Of a DNA stretch of 64,000 bases, positions 52,201 to 64,000 are shown in pieces. This stretch comes from Octopus vulgaris. Its lineage: Eukaryota. The position numbers and the translations under genes were made by a program. The notes under the pieces were generated by a model. The model was not told the origin of the DNA and ran no database searches. It saw only the letters and a list, made by a program, of their open reading frames with translations. Every line of letters starts with the position of its first letter. Position 1 is the stretch's first letter. The stretch covers positions 88,288,001 to 88,352,000 of the forward strand of contig OX597817.1 of NCBI GenBank assembly GCA_951406725.2, read 5' to 3'.

Positions 52201-53344
52201 TCATGTCCTTTTGGGTACAGCTAGATATTGTAGAATTTGAAACACATTTCCTTTTTCTGTGAGACTATGAAAAGTGTTGGTGAGAGATGTACCATCTTAA
52301 GCATCAACTGTTCACAAATAAAAATAACCTTAGAAAGAAAATTCCACAGAAATAATTAGGTGTGAAGCTACTATTGCTATGTGATTTAAAACACTGAATT
52401 CACTTTAATATTCAATTTGACATTCAAGGCCTTATCTTAAATATTTATTTATACTGATAGAAAGTTTTTAAAAAAAAGCCTATTTGTAATTGATAATATA
52501 ATGCAATTTAAAAATATCCATGTATATTTTTAATTTCAGCCACAACACACACACACACACAGGTTGGCTACCCTTAATATACCAACATGTGCACACACAT
52601 TATAGCTGAGTCATGGCTGCTATTTAAAATCCCCACATGTATCATTATATAGATGCAGTGCAATTATACGTGCACAGTGAAAACTTTTGATAGTTAATAT
52701 TATAAATGCTATCAAAAATTAAGAAAAAACTGCATCTAATGGTATGCACATGACTTTCATGACTCTTGCACAGTGTTATTATTTTAGTTTCAACAGATGA
52801 TCTCAGATCAACTTCATATGTAGATACTGCTACAATAAATAATACACAGTAAGTACATCCCTATACATATAGAGGTTGTTACAGTTACACACTAAACATG
52901 CCATATACTATATATATATATCAATTATATCTTTGACTTTTCTTTGACGTATTTCACCATGTGATATCCCAATTCCTATGAACCCCCTAATATCTGTCCA
53001 GCAGATAATCAATATTCTTTATCTCCATCTACCACAAATTATAAATAGTTTTCAATAAGTTATTTATTTTACTTAAAGGAAAAAACATTTTTTAATACAG
53101 TTAATTTTATTTTTTGTTTTCCAATATTATTTTGTCTTCTAAAATTCTTAACATTAAAAGGAAAAAGAAAATGAGTACAACATATTTCTCTATTGTATAA
53201 AATATATTCTGACATATCTTAGCTACCCTGACTTCTCACCCCCATTTATTCTTTCTTAACCATTTCTCTTTCAGCTAGGACTGCATTTCAGATATATTTA
53301 TTCTTCCTTGTATTTTTTTATTTAATGTTACTGTTGTTGAACTT

Positions 53345-53350
53345 AATAAA
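53345..53350 (+). promoter_or_regulatory. Candidate MYLIP polyadenylation signal AATAAA
   Basis: AATAAA at the end of a U-rich, relatively SINE-poor ~5-kb stretch after the stop codon, just before repeat-dense DNA resumes. Other AATAAA hexamers occur upstream. Confidence 0.3.
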
Positions 53351-53427
53351 GATTCATCAATATAAAAGATGTATTCCATTTTTACTCACTATAAAATTAT
53401 ATGTATGTATGTATGTATATACATACA

Positions 53428-53580
53428 CAGTCATGGCCAAAAGTTTGGAACATAGGTCTGAAAATTAGAATTTTTATATTAAATGCCCAAATATTTACAT
53501 TCTATATATTTGAATCAAATTGTATTTAGGCATAACAATTTTAATTTTTAAAAAATTTTCCAAAATTTTGACCATGTGTG
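53428..53580. mobile_element. Tc1-like MITE
   Basis: cagtcatggccaaaagtttggaa ... ttccaaaattttgaccatg. CAGT terminus within a TA/CA microsatellite. Confidence 0.6.
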
Positions 53581-56393
53581 TGTGTGTATATATAAAACTT
53601 ATAAATACCTAAATGATTTGGTCTTATCTGGATTGAAGAAGGAGTTATGCCCATGGCCTTTGCAGGTCTTCTGAATTGTCATAAATTGACAGCCGCAGGA
53701 ATAATATACAAGGAAAAAATTCCAGAGGAGAGATAGTCTGGGGAGGAAAGACTGGGTGAAGACAAAAGGAGAATAGAGGAGCTGGAAATGTCTGAGGGGT
53801 GGTAGAAGTAGCATAAGACCAGTTAGCTCCAAAGAGCTATGATTACAGTTGCAAAAGCTGGCCAAGGTTGGAGCAATTTCATGTCAGCTCACTGCCTTAC
53901 AAATAATAATAATATTGCTAGTAGAACTAAAACTTTTCAGGGAAGGAAAAAAATTGAATACTTCATCATAAAAAAGATGTGAAGTGTTTGAAATATCCAG
54001 AAAAAATTACAATTTACTCATACATTCATTATTCAAGGTAAGTTAATTTGTGTTTTCAAAGACAAAACACAATTAATGTAAATTTTCTTTTCGTGAACGA
54101 GAGAAAATGTATTTAGTTCAAAATAATATCAATATTTACTCTAAATTTTAGCAGTTTTCTTTTTCAAATGATATTGAAGGTCCAGGCATGGCTGTGTGGG
54201 AACAAGTTTGGTTCCCAACTACATGATTTGGGGTTCAGTCCTACTACATAGCACCTTCTGCAAGTGTCTTTTGTTATAGCCCTTGGTGTTAGGAAGGGCA
54301 TCCAGCCATAAAAACCTGCCAAAGCAGACAGTGAAGTCTGGTACAGTCTTTAGCCCAGCCAGCCCCTGTCAAACCGTCCAACCCATGCCAGCATGGAAAA
54401 AAGGCATTAAATGATGATAATGATAAACCAAAACTTTGTGAGTAGATTTGGTAGAAACTAAAAGTCCGTCGTGTATATACACATAAATATGTGTGTGTGT
54501 GTGTGTATGCTTCTGTTTCCTTGGCTAGGCAATTATAAACGAATGTTACAGTGCAGTATCTTTTGTTTCCAATCTTCTGTGAAAACATGTCTGGTCATGG
54601 GGAAATATTACTTTATTTGGCAACAAGTGAAGGTGAGCAACAAAAGGCCTCCACTCATAGAAAATCAGCCTCAACAAATTCCATATGACTCATGCAAGCA
54701 TGGAAAACTGGATGTTAAAACACTGATGATGATGATGATGATAATCATCATCATTTAATGTCTGCTTTCCATGATGGCATGGGTTAGACTGTTTGACTGG
54801 AAATAGTAAGCTGGAGAGCTGTATCAAGTTCCAGTCTGATTTGACATGGTTCCTATGACTGGATGCCCTTCCTAATACCAACCACTCCAAGAGTGTAATG
54901 GGTGCTTTTTACATGACACCAACAACAGTTACAACTACAATTTCACAGATGCTGTTTACATGACCCCAACAATGGCCACGACAATGATTTCACTTGGCTT
55001 GATGAGTCCTCTCAAGCAGAGCATACCACCAAAGGTCTCAGTCACTTATCACCTCCATGAGGCCCAACGTTTGAAGGTCCCTAAAAGTTAACAGATGTGT
55101 GGCATGCAGAAAAAATGCAAACTGGATGGAAATCAATAAAGGCAATATTGTTTTCTGAAAACACTCAATAGATAATCAATTTTGGTTTTTAATTAGGAAT
55201 AAGAGACAATTTTTATATTTAATTGTAAGCATTCTTGATATGTTCTGTAGTTTTGTCTCAAAAATGAAAAAGTCAACAAAAGAGTCAGTATATATTCAGA
55301 CACATTTATGTGTGTCTGCATTTATCACTTCAAACCACTTGACAGCTGATTATAGTTTGTTTACATTCCTTTAACTTTGTGGTTTAGCTTAAGAGAATGC
55401 TAGAATAAGTAACCATACTGATAAACAGAATAAGTACTGGGGCCAATTTGCCTAAGACCCCTTTAAGGCAGGGTCTCAGCACGACCTAAGTCTAATAACT
55501 GCAACAAGTAAATGCTAAAAGATAAAGATACAATGAAAACATGATACCAAGTATTTGAGAATACAATCATGATGGCTCAATGCCATGTTGAGAAAGGAGA
55601 CATTTAATAATGAGTTTTAAATGTTTGCTTTTAATAAAAAAAATTATTTCATAATTAAAATGCTTGAGTAAAAGAAGAATCATTTGAAGGAAAATAAAAT
55701 TTTTTATTTAAAATATACAAAAATATGAAATTTATTTTTGAATAATAAAATATGTCCATGATAAACTGACGGATGATGTCTATATTGACCAAGAAATGGT
55801 ATGGAGAATTAAATTTCACCATGAAACAACAGCATTTAAAATTTTTCTTTTAAAGTTATTTCCCCTTGTTTGAGAATTGTTACGTCACCTACAAAATCTT
55901 TGTTTTAATTAGTTAATACGCCCAAATGGAGGAGCCCCTACATGGTTGTTTCAAGAACCAGAAATAGCAACCAAATTTCCTATATATGTTAAAAAGAGAT
56001 AGGGCACATTGGATAATGAAATCCTAGAGACATTATATCCAAAGAAGAAAAATTAGTGTTAACTGCTTGAAAGTATTTTAACCTGGGGTTAAATAACAAC
56101 CTACAGTTTATAGAAGGAAACTACTCCATATTTGTTAAATCTAGTTTTTTTCTAAAATAAAAAGAAACCCTTATTTTGTTTCTTCCACTTTGCCTATTTA
56201 CAAAATCCATATACATGCAAGATTAATACTAAGATGTATGTTTACAGCTGTATTATTTCTTGACCATAGAAACCTTTTCTTTTTAACAAACAATTCTAAT
56301 AGCAGTCTTTTGAAAGTTTTTGTGGTATTGTAGTAACAAGTTGCCAGAAACAGTAGAATAATTTACCTGCCACTAGCGGATTTTAATATCCAT

Positions 56394-56652
56394 TCAGAAA
56401 CGCTCAGAAGTAAATTGTTCAGAAGTTTCATCATAATCAGTTATTGAAAACAAGTTAGTTATAGAATGGTTGGTAGTTTCATCAGTAAAAGCAGATTTTC
56501 CAAATATTTCATCATAAAAATATCCTTCATCAGTTGACGCATTTTCAGGAGGATCTGTATCATGTTGGTAATCTTTGTCTTGCTCAAATGATAAGCCAAC
56601 TTGAGATGATTGACGAGCTCTTTGATAATGGTGATTAAAACATGGAAATAAT
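56394..56652 (-). CDS. Terminal coding exon (acidic cytoplasmic tail) of the convergent membrane-protein gene
   Basis: Minus strand ttcttgtttcttttttAG|A, then 85 open codons LFPCFNHHYQRARQSSQVGLSFEQDKDYQHDTDPPENASTDEGYFYDEIFGKSAFTDETTNHSITNLFSITDYDETSEQFTSERF, then TGA. Phase matches the TM exon (CA+A = Gln). Confidence 0.72.
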
Positions 56653-57082
56653 CTAAAAAAGAAACAAGAATCATCTTATGATAATAGGTTTATATTGAAT
56701 ATACTATTTATTCCTCCTCTCATTATTCACACAACTTTGGAACTATTAGCATTCACTTTCCCTCTAGAGTGAATACTCTTCAATATACTGAATAATATAT
56801 ATTCAATGCATACCTCTTAACTTTTTATCTTTGCTCTCATCAGAAAGTATCTTTATTCCATGCACAATGATGGATCTGCTAGCATTCACTTTCATTTTCA
56901 CTCAATATAGAGTACTGTATAATATATCTTTCCCCCTTCTCACTTTGACGTACCACTTAACCACTCTTTCTGAAGAAGACCTGATCCAAATGAATTGAAT
57001 TGGACCCTCCTACTTTCTTGAACATAATAAGCTACAACAAATATCACTGATGAGGAACATTTTTTACACTGTCTAGTCTATA

Positions 57083-57171
57083 TTTCTCTGATGATAGAAT
57101 ACCGACTTATAGAGTCTTCGCTCAATGCAAGGCTCCAATAGCTGGGATATCCCAGAAACAGCTGTCAGAGA
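57083..57171 (+). ncRNA. Minimal type-I hammerhead ribozyme motif (long, partly degenerate stem II)
   Basis: ttct CTGATGA (57088-57094) ... gggatatccca GAAA (57155-57158) CAGCTG TC agag. Palindromic ACAGCUGU stem III, GUC triplet, short stem I uucu/agag. Confidence 0.55.
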
Positions 57172-58182
57172 GTATCTTTACCAGTTTGTACTATTTTTAT
57201 CATTCATTATGTAGTTAAATTTTTAGACTGGATTAAATGAAATCAAATGTCCTTGTCCTGCTTTGACTAATTGTTTGCCTTCCCTCACTACTTTAACTTA
57301 TAGGTTTATATTGAATAAATATATAAATTGAAAGAGTACCATTCAAGAGCTAAGAGGCAATGAGTCATCTTCTATCACTAACAAAGTAAATATAATATTC
57401 TCTTCCTTCTCAATGATTCAGTCTCACTACTTTTAAATATGTATCATGAAAGGCATACAGCATCCATTTTTCAGAATTGGTGTTAAAACCAAATACTTCC
57501 ATAGACACAGCAAGAAGAAAAATGGATTCTGTTAGATTGAGTATTGCTTTATACTTTGTGGTGTTTTCAGTGACTTCCCAACCAAATAATAATATGATTC
57601 CATATTACTAACAATTCTTACATATGAAGGCGGCAAGCTAGCAGAATCATTAGCATGCCAAACAAAATTCTTAGTGACATTTCATTTAGGTTCTGAGTTC
57701 AAATTCTGCTGAATTTGACTTTGCCTTTCATCCTTACAGGGTTGATAAAATAAATACCAGCTGAATAATGAGGTCAATGTAATTGACTTATTCCCTCCCC
57801 AAAATTGCTGGCCTTGTGCCAAAATCTGAAACCAATATTCTTATATATGTCTTTGACCAATCACACATAGCAATTACTCTCAATTATATTATTAAATAGA
57901 ACCCTTTAACAGTACAAATTTCAACTTATCTGATAATTGGCATTTTTATAATACCAATCATTTCATTTACTGATGAAGTGTTCAATTAGAAATGAACATA
58001 ACTTGGATAATATGTTGTTGCCTACAATACATTACAACATACAAACTCTTTAATCAAGATTCTCAGTTAATTTCCAGGAACATAATTGTTGAAGAACAAA
58101 ACTAACTTATATAAAGCTAAACATCTTCAAAGGTCTAGGGATGGATAATGAAAAGAGCTAATTTAAATACTGTTTATATATA

Positions 58183-58352
58183 CAAGGGGGTGCAGAAAAG
58201 TTCCTGGTTTTGGGTAAAAGAAAATACAGGAGGATCAGTTAATTATGATATCATTCAACATATTCTCTTCTCAGATTCACACTTATTGTAGTGGTCCTGT
58301 AACAGACCTTTTGTGATGCCCTTAAAACCAGGAACGTTTCAGCACCTCATTG
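58183..58352. mobile_element. Mariner-type MITE, second copy (internally deleted)
   Basis: caagggggtgcagaaaagttcctggttt ... aaaaccaggaacgtttcagcacctcattg. The interior is the reverse complement of 36598-36809. Confidence 0.75.
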
Positions 58353-60601
58353 TAGTATTACATTAATGAAAGATAAACCTACTACTAGACAGGATAGCAA
58401 TCTATTGAATACAACATTCCTAACAGATCTGGGATCTACTTTTAACAGCTAAAGAAGTACCAATCTCTAACTGTGGAAGTGGTAAACCCAGGAAGACATG
58501 GGATGAGGTGGTGAAGCATGACCTTCAGCTGTTGAGTCTCACAGAGGCAACGACAAGTGATTGAGACCTTTGGCGAACTGCTGTATTTGAGAAGACATGT
58601 CAGGCCAAGTGAAACCATAGTTGTGGCCAGTGCCAGTGACACATAAAAGGCAACCACCCAACCAAATCAGACTGGAGCCTTGTACAGCTCTCCAGCTTAC
58701 CAGTCCTAGTCAAACTGTCTAATCCATGCCAGCATGGAGGATAGACACTAAATGATTAAACTTACCTTTCATCCTTACATCATTATGAAGTTGAAAGAAA
58801 TGTTTTAAGGCAGGACATATGATGAGTTGACGGTCCAATACTTTATACTATTGAATTTCTTATCAAAATCTCAGATTAAATAATGTTGTGGCAATTGTGT
58901 TGTGCCTTTTGGAAAAGGATTTCAAATTTCTGAACAAAAAGTATGACTAGAACAAGGAAAACTGAAATTTGTTAAAAACATCACAGTATAGCTGCTGGAC
59001 TTTCAAGAAAGCTGCTGAGATGCTGGAAGCATCTTACATACTTAACTTGACACTACTCAATGAATGTGATATAAAATGAATAGCATAACAAGTCAATGCA
59101 TTTATTTCTTATTATTATAAGGTAGCAAGTTGGCAGAATTGTTAGCACCCAGGACAAAATGCTTAGCAACATGTCTTCTGGCTTTTCATTCTGAGTTCAA
59201 ATTCTGTTGAGGTCAACTATGCCTTTCATCCTTTCAGGGTTAATAAAATAAGTACCGTTTGAGGACTGGGGTCAATATAATAAATTAGCGCCCTAACTTG
59301 CCCAAACTTTTAGGTCCTATGCTTATAGTAGAAAGAATTATTACATTCTCTTTGACATGATGGATAGGCACTGTATCAAAAATTCACAAAGAGTCTGACA
59401 ACATGATGGAGTAAATGACATCATCATCGTTTAATGTCTGCTTTCCATGCTGGCATGGCTTGGACAGTTTGACTGAGAACTGGTGAGCTGAGAGGCTGCA
59501 CCATGCTACAATCTAATTTGGCAAGGTCTCTACAGCTGGAGGCCCTTCCTAATGCCAACCACTCTGAGAGTGTAGCAGGTGCTTTTTACGTGCCACTGAC
59601 ATGGGTGCCAGTCAGGCAGCACTGGCATTGGCCACGCTCTAATGGTGCTTTTTATGCACCATTGGCACAAGTGTCAGTCAGGTGGCCCTGGTATTGGCCA
59701 CACTCAGATGCTGCTTTTTACATGCCAGTCAGGTGACACTGGCATCAGTCACAACTACGATCTCACTTGGCTTGACAAGTCGTCTTCTCAAGCACGGCAT
59801 ATCTCTAATGGTCTTGGTCACTTGTCATTGTCTCTGTGAAACCCAACATTCAAAGATCGTGCTTCACCACCTCATCCCATGTCTTCCTGAGTCTGCTACT
59901 TCCACAGGTTCCATCCAGTTAGAGTGTGACATCTCTTCACACAGCTGTCCTCATCCATACACATCACATGGTCATACCAGTGCAGTTCTCTCTCAGTTCT
60001 CAACTATAACCTATTTTTTCAAATGTATGGATGGACACTCCCTTTGAAGATAATGTATGAGTGTTCAGCTTTTAGTGAATGGCCTGCACAAATGATTTGT
60101 TTATAGTGATCAAATGTTCATGCCATACATTAACTCACTCTCTCCATCAAATTGACGTAGCCTGAACAGGAGCATGGTGTACCAAGCATCAGGTGTCGAA
60201 ATGACTGCAGAGCAAATTCAGATGAAGTGTTTTGCTCAAGAACACAATGCTTTACCTGGTCTAGGAATTGAAACCATGATCTCACAATTGTGAGTGCAAG
60301 ACCCTAACCACTAGGCCAAGTTTGTATCAATATAATAAATTATATTTCATATTTACATATAAGAACCAGGATCAAATCTGAAGGCAGCAATCCAGCTCTT
60401 ATATGCTCTGTGAACTGACATAATTGCATATAATTCTGACATCACAATTTTATTCATCCTCTCAAATTTAAGCTTTATCAGCGTGTACATATAACAACAT
60501 TGGTAATCATAGCTGTATTCAATACAGCTGGATTAAGAATGACACACAGATAAGGGCTGACATCAATATATTCAGAACTATGAGAAATAAAGTACACTTA
60601 C

Positions 60602-60671
60602 TGTGGTTTATATTTGCAAAGTAGAGCTAGAGAGATAACCAGAATTAAAAGAACCACAGATATAGAGACAC
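60602..60671 (-). CDS. Transmembrane-helix exon of an unidentified single-pass membrane protein (convergent gene)
   Basis: Minus strand ttttttctgtttgcaatAG|GT...CCACA|GTaagt. The 70 nt encode (G)VSISVVLLILVISLALLCKYKP(Q): a hydrophobic helix followed by basic stop-transfer residues. The phase-2 end joins the next exon in frame. Confidence 0.75.
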
Positions 60672-60897
60672 CTATTGCAAACAGAAAAAAGATTTACATT
60701 ATGCATATATCATTATTATTATTAATTATTTGTTGGATTCATTAGAATCAAGCTATTTTAATATTAAGGACACCAAGCGAAGGCCAAGATTTGCACATCT
60801 GTGTATATACCATACACAAGCACATCCATATACACCCATGCATACATGGCCATATTCATACACTTACACATACATGTACACACAAATACACGTGTGT

Positions 60898-60948
<51 letters not shown>

Positions 60949-60952
<4 letters not shown>

Positions 60953-62487
60953 TCCTAGAACCACACTAATTGCTTAGGAGTTAAATTTAAGATTTCTCAG
61001 TTTTCTGTGAATCAATTTTGATAAAACTTTTGCCAGTTGGTTTGCACACTGTGGTAACACCATTGTTATGTTATCATTATTCTGTGTAGTGTCCTTTCTT
61101 TTTTATTTCAGATTCTTCAGTTTTAAGGTGAACCATGCTGATAGATTTTAAATAAAAATTGCCCATCTAGACATGTTTTATCAGAAAACAAAGGGTAATG
61201 ATACATTAAGCATACATTGAGCATATATTTAACAGAAAACCATAATAATATTATAACATTTATTGACATAATAAATTATTTAGCTATATGAGTGCCATTT
61301 CAACAGATAACTTCAAAAACCCTATTAGTCATGGAATCTATCAATTTCTTAATAGTAGCAGGTGGGACTGCCTCCACGGCAGCTTTGATGGTTGCCCATA
61401 AGACGTCTTACAACATAAATTGGCGTTCATCAGTATAAACATCTTGTTTAATGATGGACCAAAAATTTTCGATAGGGTTGAAATCCAGAGATGCTGGTGG
61501 CCACACTATCAACCTTTCATCTTGTATGCCATGAGACCCTAGTAATGTTTGGGTGGGCCTAGCAGAAGCATGGTCATGCATGAATATGAGATTTCTTAAA
61601 AGTGACAGTAGTATGTCATCTACCAGGGATCTAAGGCCATCTTCAGGAGATTGCAGTAGGTGGCTGCAGTCACCTTAACCCCTTCAGGCACCCTGACTGG
61701 GCCAACTAGTTTGTCCCCAATGATACCAGCCCACAATATGACACCTCCACCCTGTTGCTTTCGTCGTAAATGTTGGTGACTCTCATCTCCAAAATAGACC
61801 CAACCATTTTCCCAACCATCAGGTCCATCAACGGTCGCCTTGGTTTTGTCAGTGAACAGAACATAACTCATGTCTAACGTCATGTACTTTTGGGCCTGTT
61901 GAAGCTCCAAACTCCTGTGACAGGACGTAAAAGGAAGCAATTTCAGGGGTTCTTGCATGGAAGCCATGGTCCTGAGGATGCGATTTCTGGTGGTTTTTGG
62001 TACATGAGGAAGTCTGCAGGCAGTGAAAATGGCTTTGCTTATTTGTCCTGGTTTCTCATGTAACTTGCGGCCAATATTCCTTAAATCCCTAGCTGTCACA
62101 GTCTTGGAGGTCCCACAATCGGATCGTTTCTTCCTTGGAGAAGGATCTTTCAGGAATCATCAAACCATGTTCACATGACAACTTCTCTGCAATGGCATGA
62201 AGAGACGTGCCTTTAGCACTTTCCTTGATGATGACAGACTTTTCATCGTTAAGGTCTTTTCCACATCCCATTGTTCTTAGAGTGGAGAGATGCTATTAGT
62301 GTGGTTCACCCAAAAACTGAAGAATCTGAAATAAAAAAGTAAGTATGTTACACAGAATAATGAAAATATAACAATGGCATTGCCCTAGTGTGCAAATCAG
62401 CCAGGAAAAGTTTTATCAAAATCGATTCACTGAAAACTGAGAAATTCTAAATTTCACTCCTAAACTATTAGTGTGGTTCTGGAAGTA
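60949..62487 (-). mobile_element. Tc1-family (DD34E) transposon with long IR-DR-type TIRs, inactivated
   Basis: ~195-bp imperfect TIRs (~60949-61145 and ~62293-62487), each carrying a gaaccacactaat-like repeat at both ends. Fragmented transposase MGCGKDL..., VLFTDKT...DGPDG...QQGGG.ILWAGI, MHDHAS, WPPASLDFNPIENFW. Flanked by TA/CA microsatellite. Confidence 0.9.
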
Positions 62488-62996
62488 TATGTATATATAT
62501 ATATATCCACATACAAATAAACACATATATATATAGATATACATGTATGTGTAATTATATACCCATGTACACCAGCATGCTGTTTCACAAACCTGTTACA
62601 TAATGTCTACTGCTACAAAACTATCTCTCCTAATAATAAATTGTTATTCTCTAACACTTATTGTACCTATGTTATAGCTATGTTTTGTTGGTAGGATTAA
62701 ATTACATAATATAATTGTGATAAAATGTATGACCTCATTCTGGACATAATCTCTCTTGTGCGTGTGTGCGTGTGTATGAGAGAGAGAGAGAGAGATTTCA
62801 TCTGCCAAAACAGACAGTGAAGCCCAGTGCAGTCTTCTGCCTAGCCAGCCCTTATCAAACCATCCAGCCAATGCCAGCATGGAAAAAGTTGTTAAGTGAT
62901 GATGATGATATATATATATATATATATCTCTTGAGATATATATATAAACAATTGTTCTCCATACATGGGGACCTATCGAAGGGATAAGTTCTACAG

Positions 62997-63030
<34 letters not shown>

Positions 63031-63039
63031 ATATATATC

Positions 63040-64000
63040 ATGAACAGTATGGAATCTTGTACATCCACAAAATTTATTTTAAAGTTATATACAGCATATC
63101 AAAATGACCTACATGTGTTTCTGCTGCAACAACTACACACTGTTGCAAATGCAACCTTGCATTATTGTCAGTGCAGCTTCATCAGGGTCTGTCCATTTGG
63201 TCATCCTCGAAGCGAACTGATATGAAGTAAATTTCTGTTAGTTAGTGTTCTGTGAGAGGTGGGGTGTTGTTATTTACAGGTATGTGCTGCTGACCTCAGA
63301 CACACACCAGTCGCTGTCCAAAGTTAGAGATTAATATAAAATAGGTCAAGGTCTAGATTAGTGTTTTTGTAAAGTTCTTTGTTCATTTTAATGGTTGCAT
63401 GCTTTTGATTTTCAATGTAGTGTTTGTATTGAAGAGTTCATGTTTGTTCATATTCATTTTTTTAGTTGGGCAGCTCTGATTTATGTTACACATTGGGTAA
63501 GGTATTTTTTTTTTATTAAGGATAGTTATTAAATTTTTTTAATGTTTAGGTTATGCTATTTTATTTGTTACATGAAGCTCAATTGTTGCTGGAGTGTTGG
63601 CTATCTTGAATGATCCCTGTATGTCTTAAAAGGTCCTACTGTGTTTGTGTAAACTTCTTAGAGTTTGTTTGTTTCTTGTTGTAATTAACATATGTTTTGT
63701 TGTAAATATCTGGTTAAGTTCCTCTATGCATAGGTTTCATCTATTTCCCCCTACTTGATAAGGCTTAACAATCCCAATTAGTTCCCAATCAATGGAATAG
63801 CTGTTATTTTTGTCTCTAATTGACCAAATTAGTTTGCTTAGGCTTGTGTTATTTACTTTTTTTCCTATTTCTAAAAGAATTTAAACAATTGGTTAAACAA
63901 TTGGTTAGGAGAACTGGCTCCTATAAAAGTATTCCCTCCCAGGTAACTTGGCATCTATGGACCAGGTTGTTAGTTTGACATTCTGAGTCCAATAGGCATA
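63040..64000 (-). mobile_element. Penelope-like retroelement 3' remnant (degenerate GIY-YIG endonuclease + hammerhead-bearing terminal region), extends past the window
   Basis: Minus-strand translation of ~63680-64000 with frameshifts: CLLDSECQTNNLVHRCQVTWEG/NTFIGASS...NSFRNRKK/NNTSLSKLIWSIRDKNNSYSIDWELIGIVKPYQVGGNR*NLCIEELNQIF. This matches the Penelope GIY-YIG pattern (CPLxGxC..YIG..SF...TxLSKxIW.LK....I.W.....C.LC..EK). Confidence 0.8.
63106..63189 (-). ncRNA. Type-I hammerhead ribozyme motif in a Penelope-like terminal region
   Basis: Minus strand gacc CUGAUGA a gcugc-[~45 nt]-gcagc a GAAA cacaug UA gguc: stem I gacc/gguc, stem II gcugc/gcagc, GUA triplet. Lies downstream of the GIY-YIG remnant on the same strand. 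Confidence 0.68.

Noticed and set aside
56394-56652. Convergent gene as an LDLR-family IDOL substrate
   Set aside because: The tail has no NPxY and no WxxKNxxS(I/M)xF motif.
56459-56674. Listed 71-aa minus-strand ORF (MILVSFLDYF...)
   Set aside because: It starts inside a polypyrimidine tract/acceptor and is an alternative-frame shadow of the exon at 56394-56652.
58761-58900. Minus-strand donor-like GGTAAG as an extra exon of the convergent gene
   Set aside because: The phase-compatible frame has a stop a few codons upstream, and the TM and tail exons already join in frame.

Overview
AT-rich, repeat-dense eukaryotic (animal) genomic DNA. The SINE families, microsatellites and LINE types suggest an octopod cephalopod (Octopus-like); this is inference. 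Two host genes face tail-to-tail. (1) On the + strand is a FERM+RING E3 ligase of the MYLIP/IDOL (Dnr1) family, with five coding exons at 36353-48152 that splice in frame with GT-AG junctions; its first coding exon was not found. (2) On the - strand are the last two coding exons of an unidentified single-pass membrane protein (TM exon 60602-60671, cytoplasmic-tail exon 56394-56652), which the ORF track does not show in the right frame. The rest is intronic or intergenic and holds a near-intact CR1-type LINE, RTE LINE fragments, a mariner, an IR-DR Tc1, a Helitron, a Penelope GIY-YIG remnant, MITEs and three tRNA-SINE families. The most interesting signal is a set of minimal type-I hammerhead ribozyme motifs. 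They occur in the Penelope remnant and in small non-autonomous elements, including a tRNA-headed (Pol III A/B box) element with a hammerhead tail and an inverted 5' partial copy. A second copy of that element sits in a MITE with a 14-bp target-site duplication. All alignments and folds were done by eye, and repeat boundaries are approximate.
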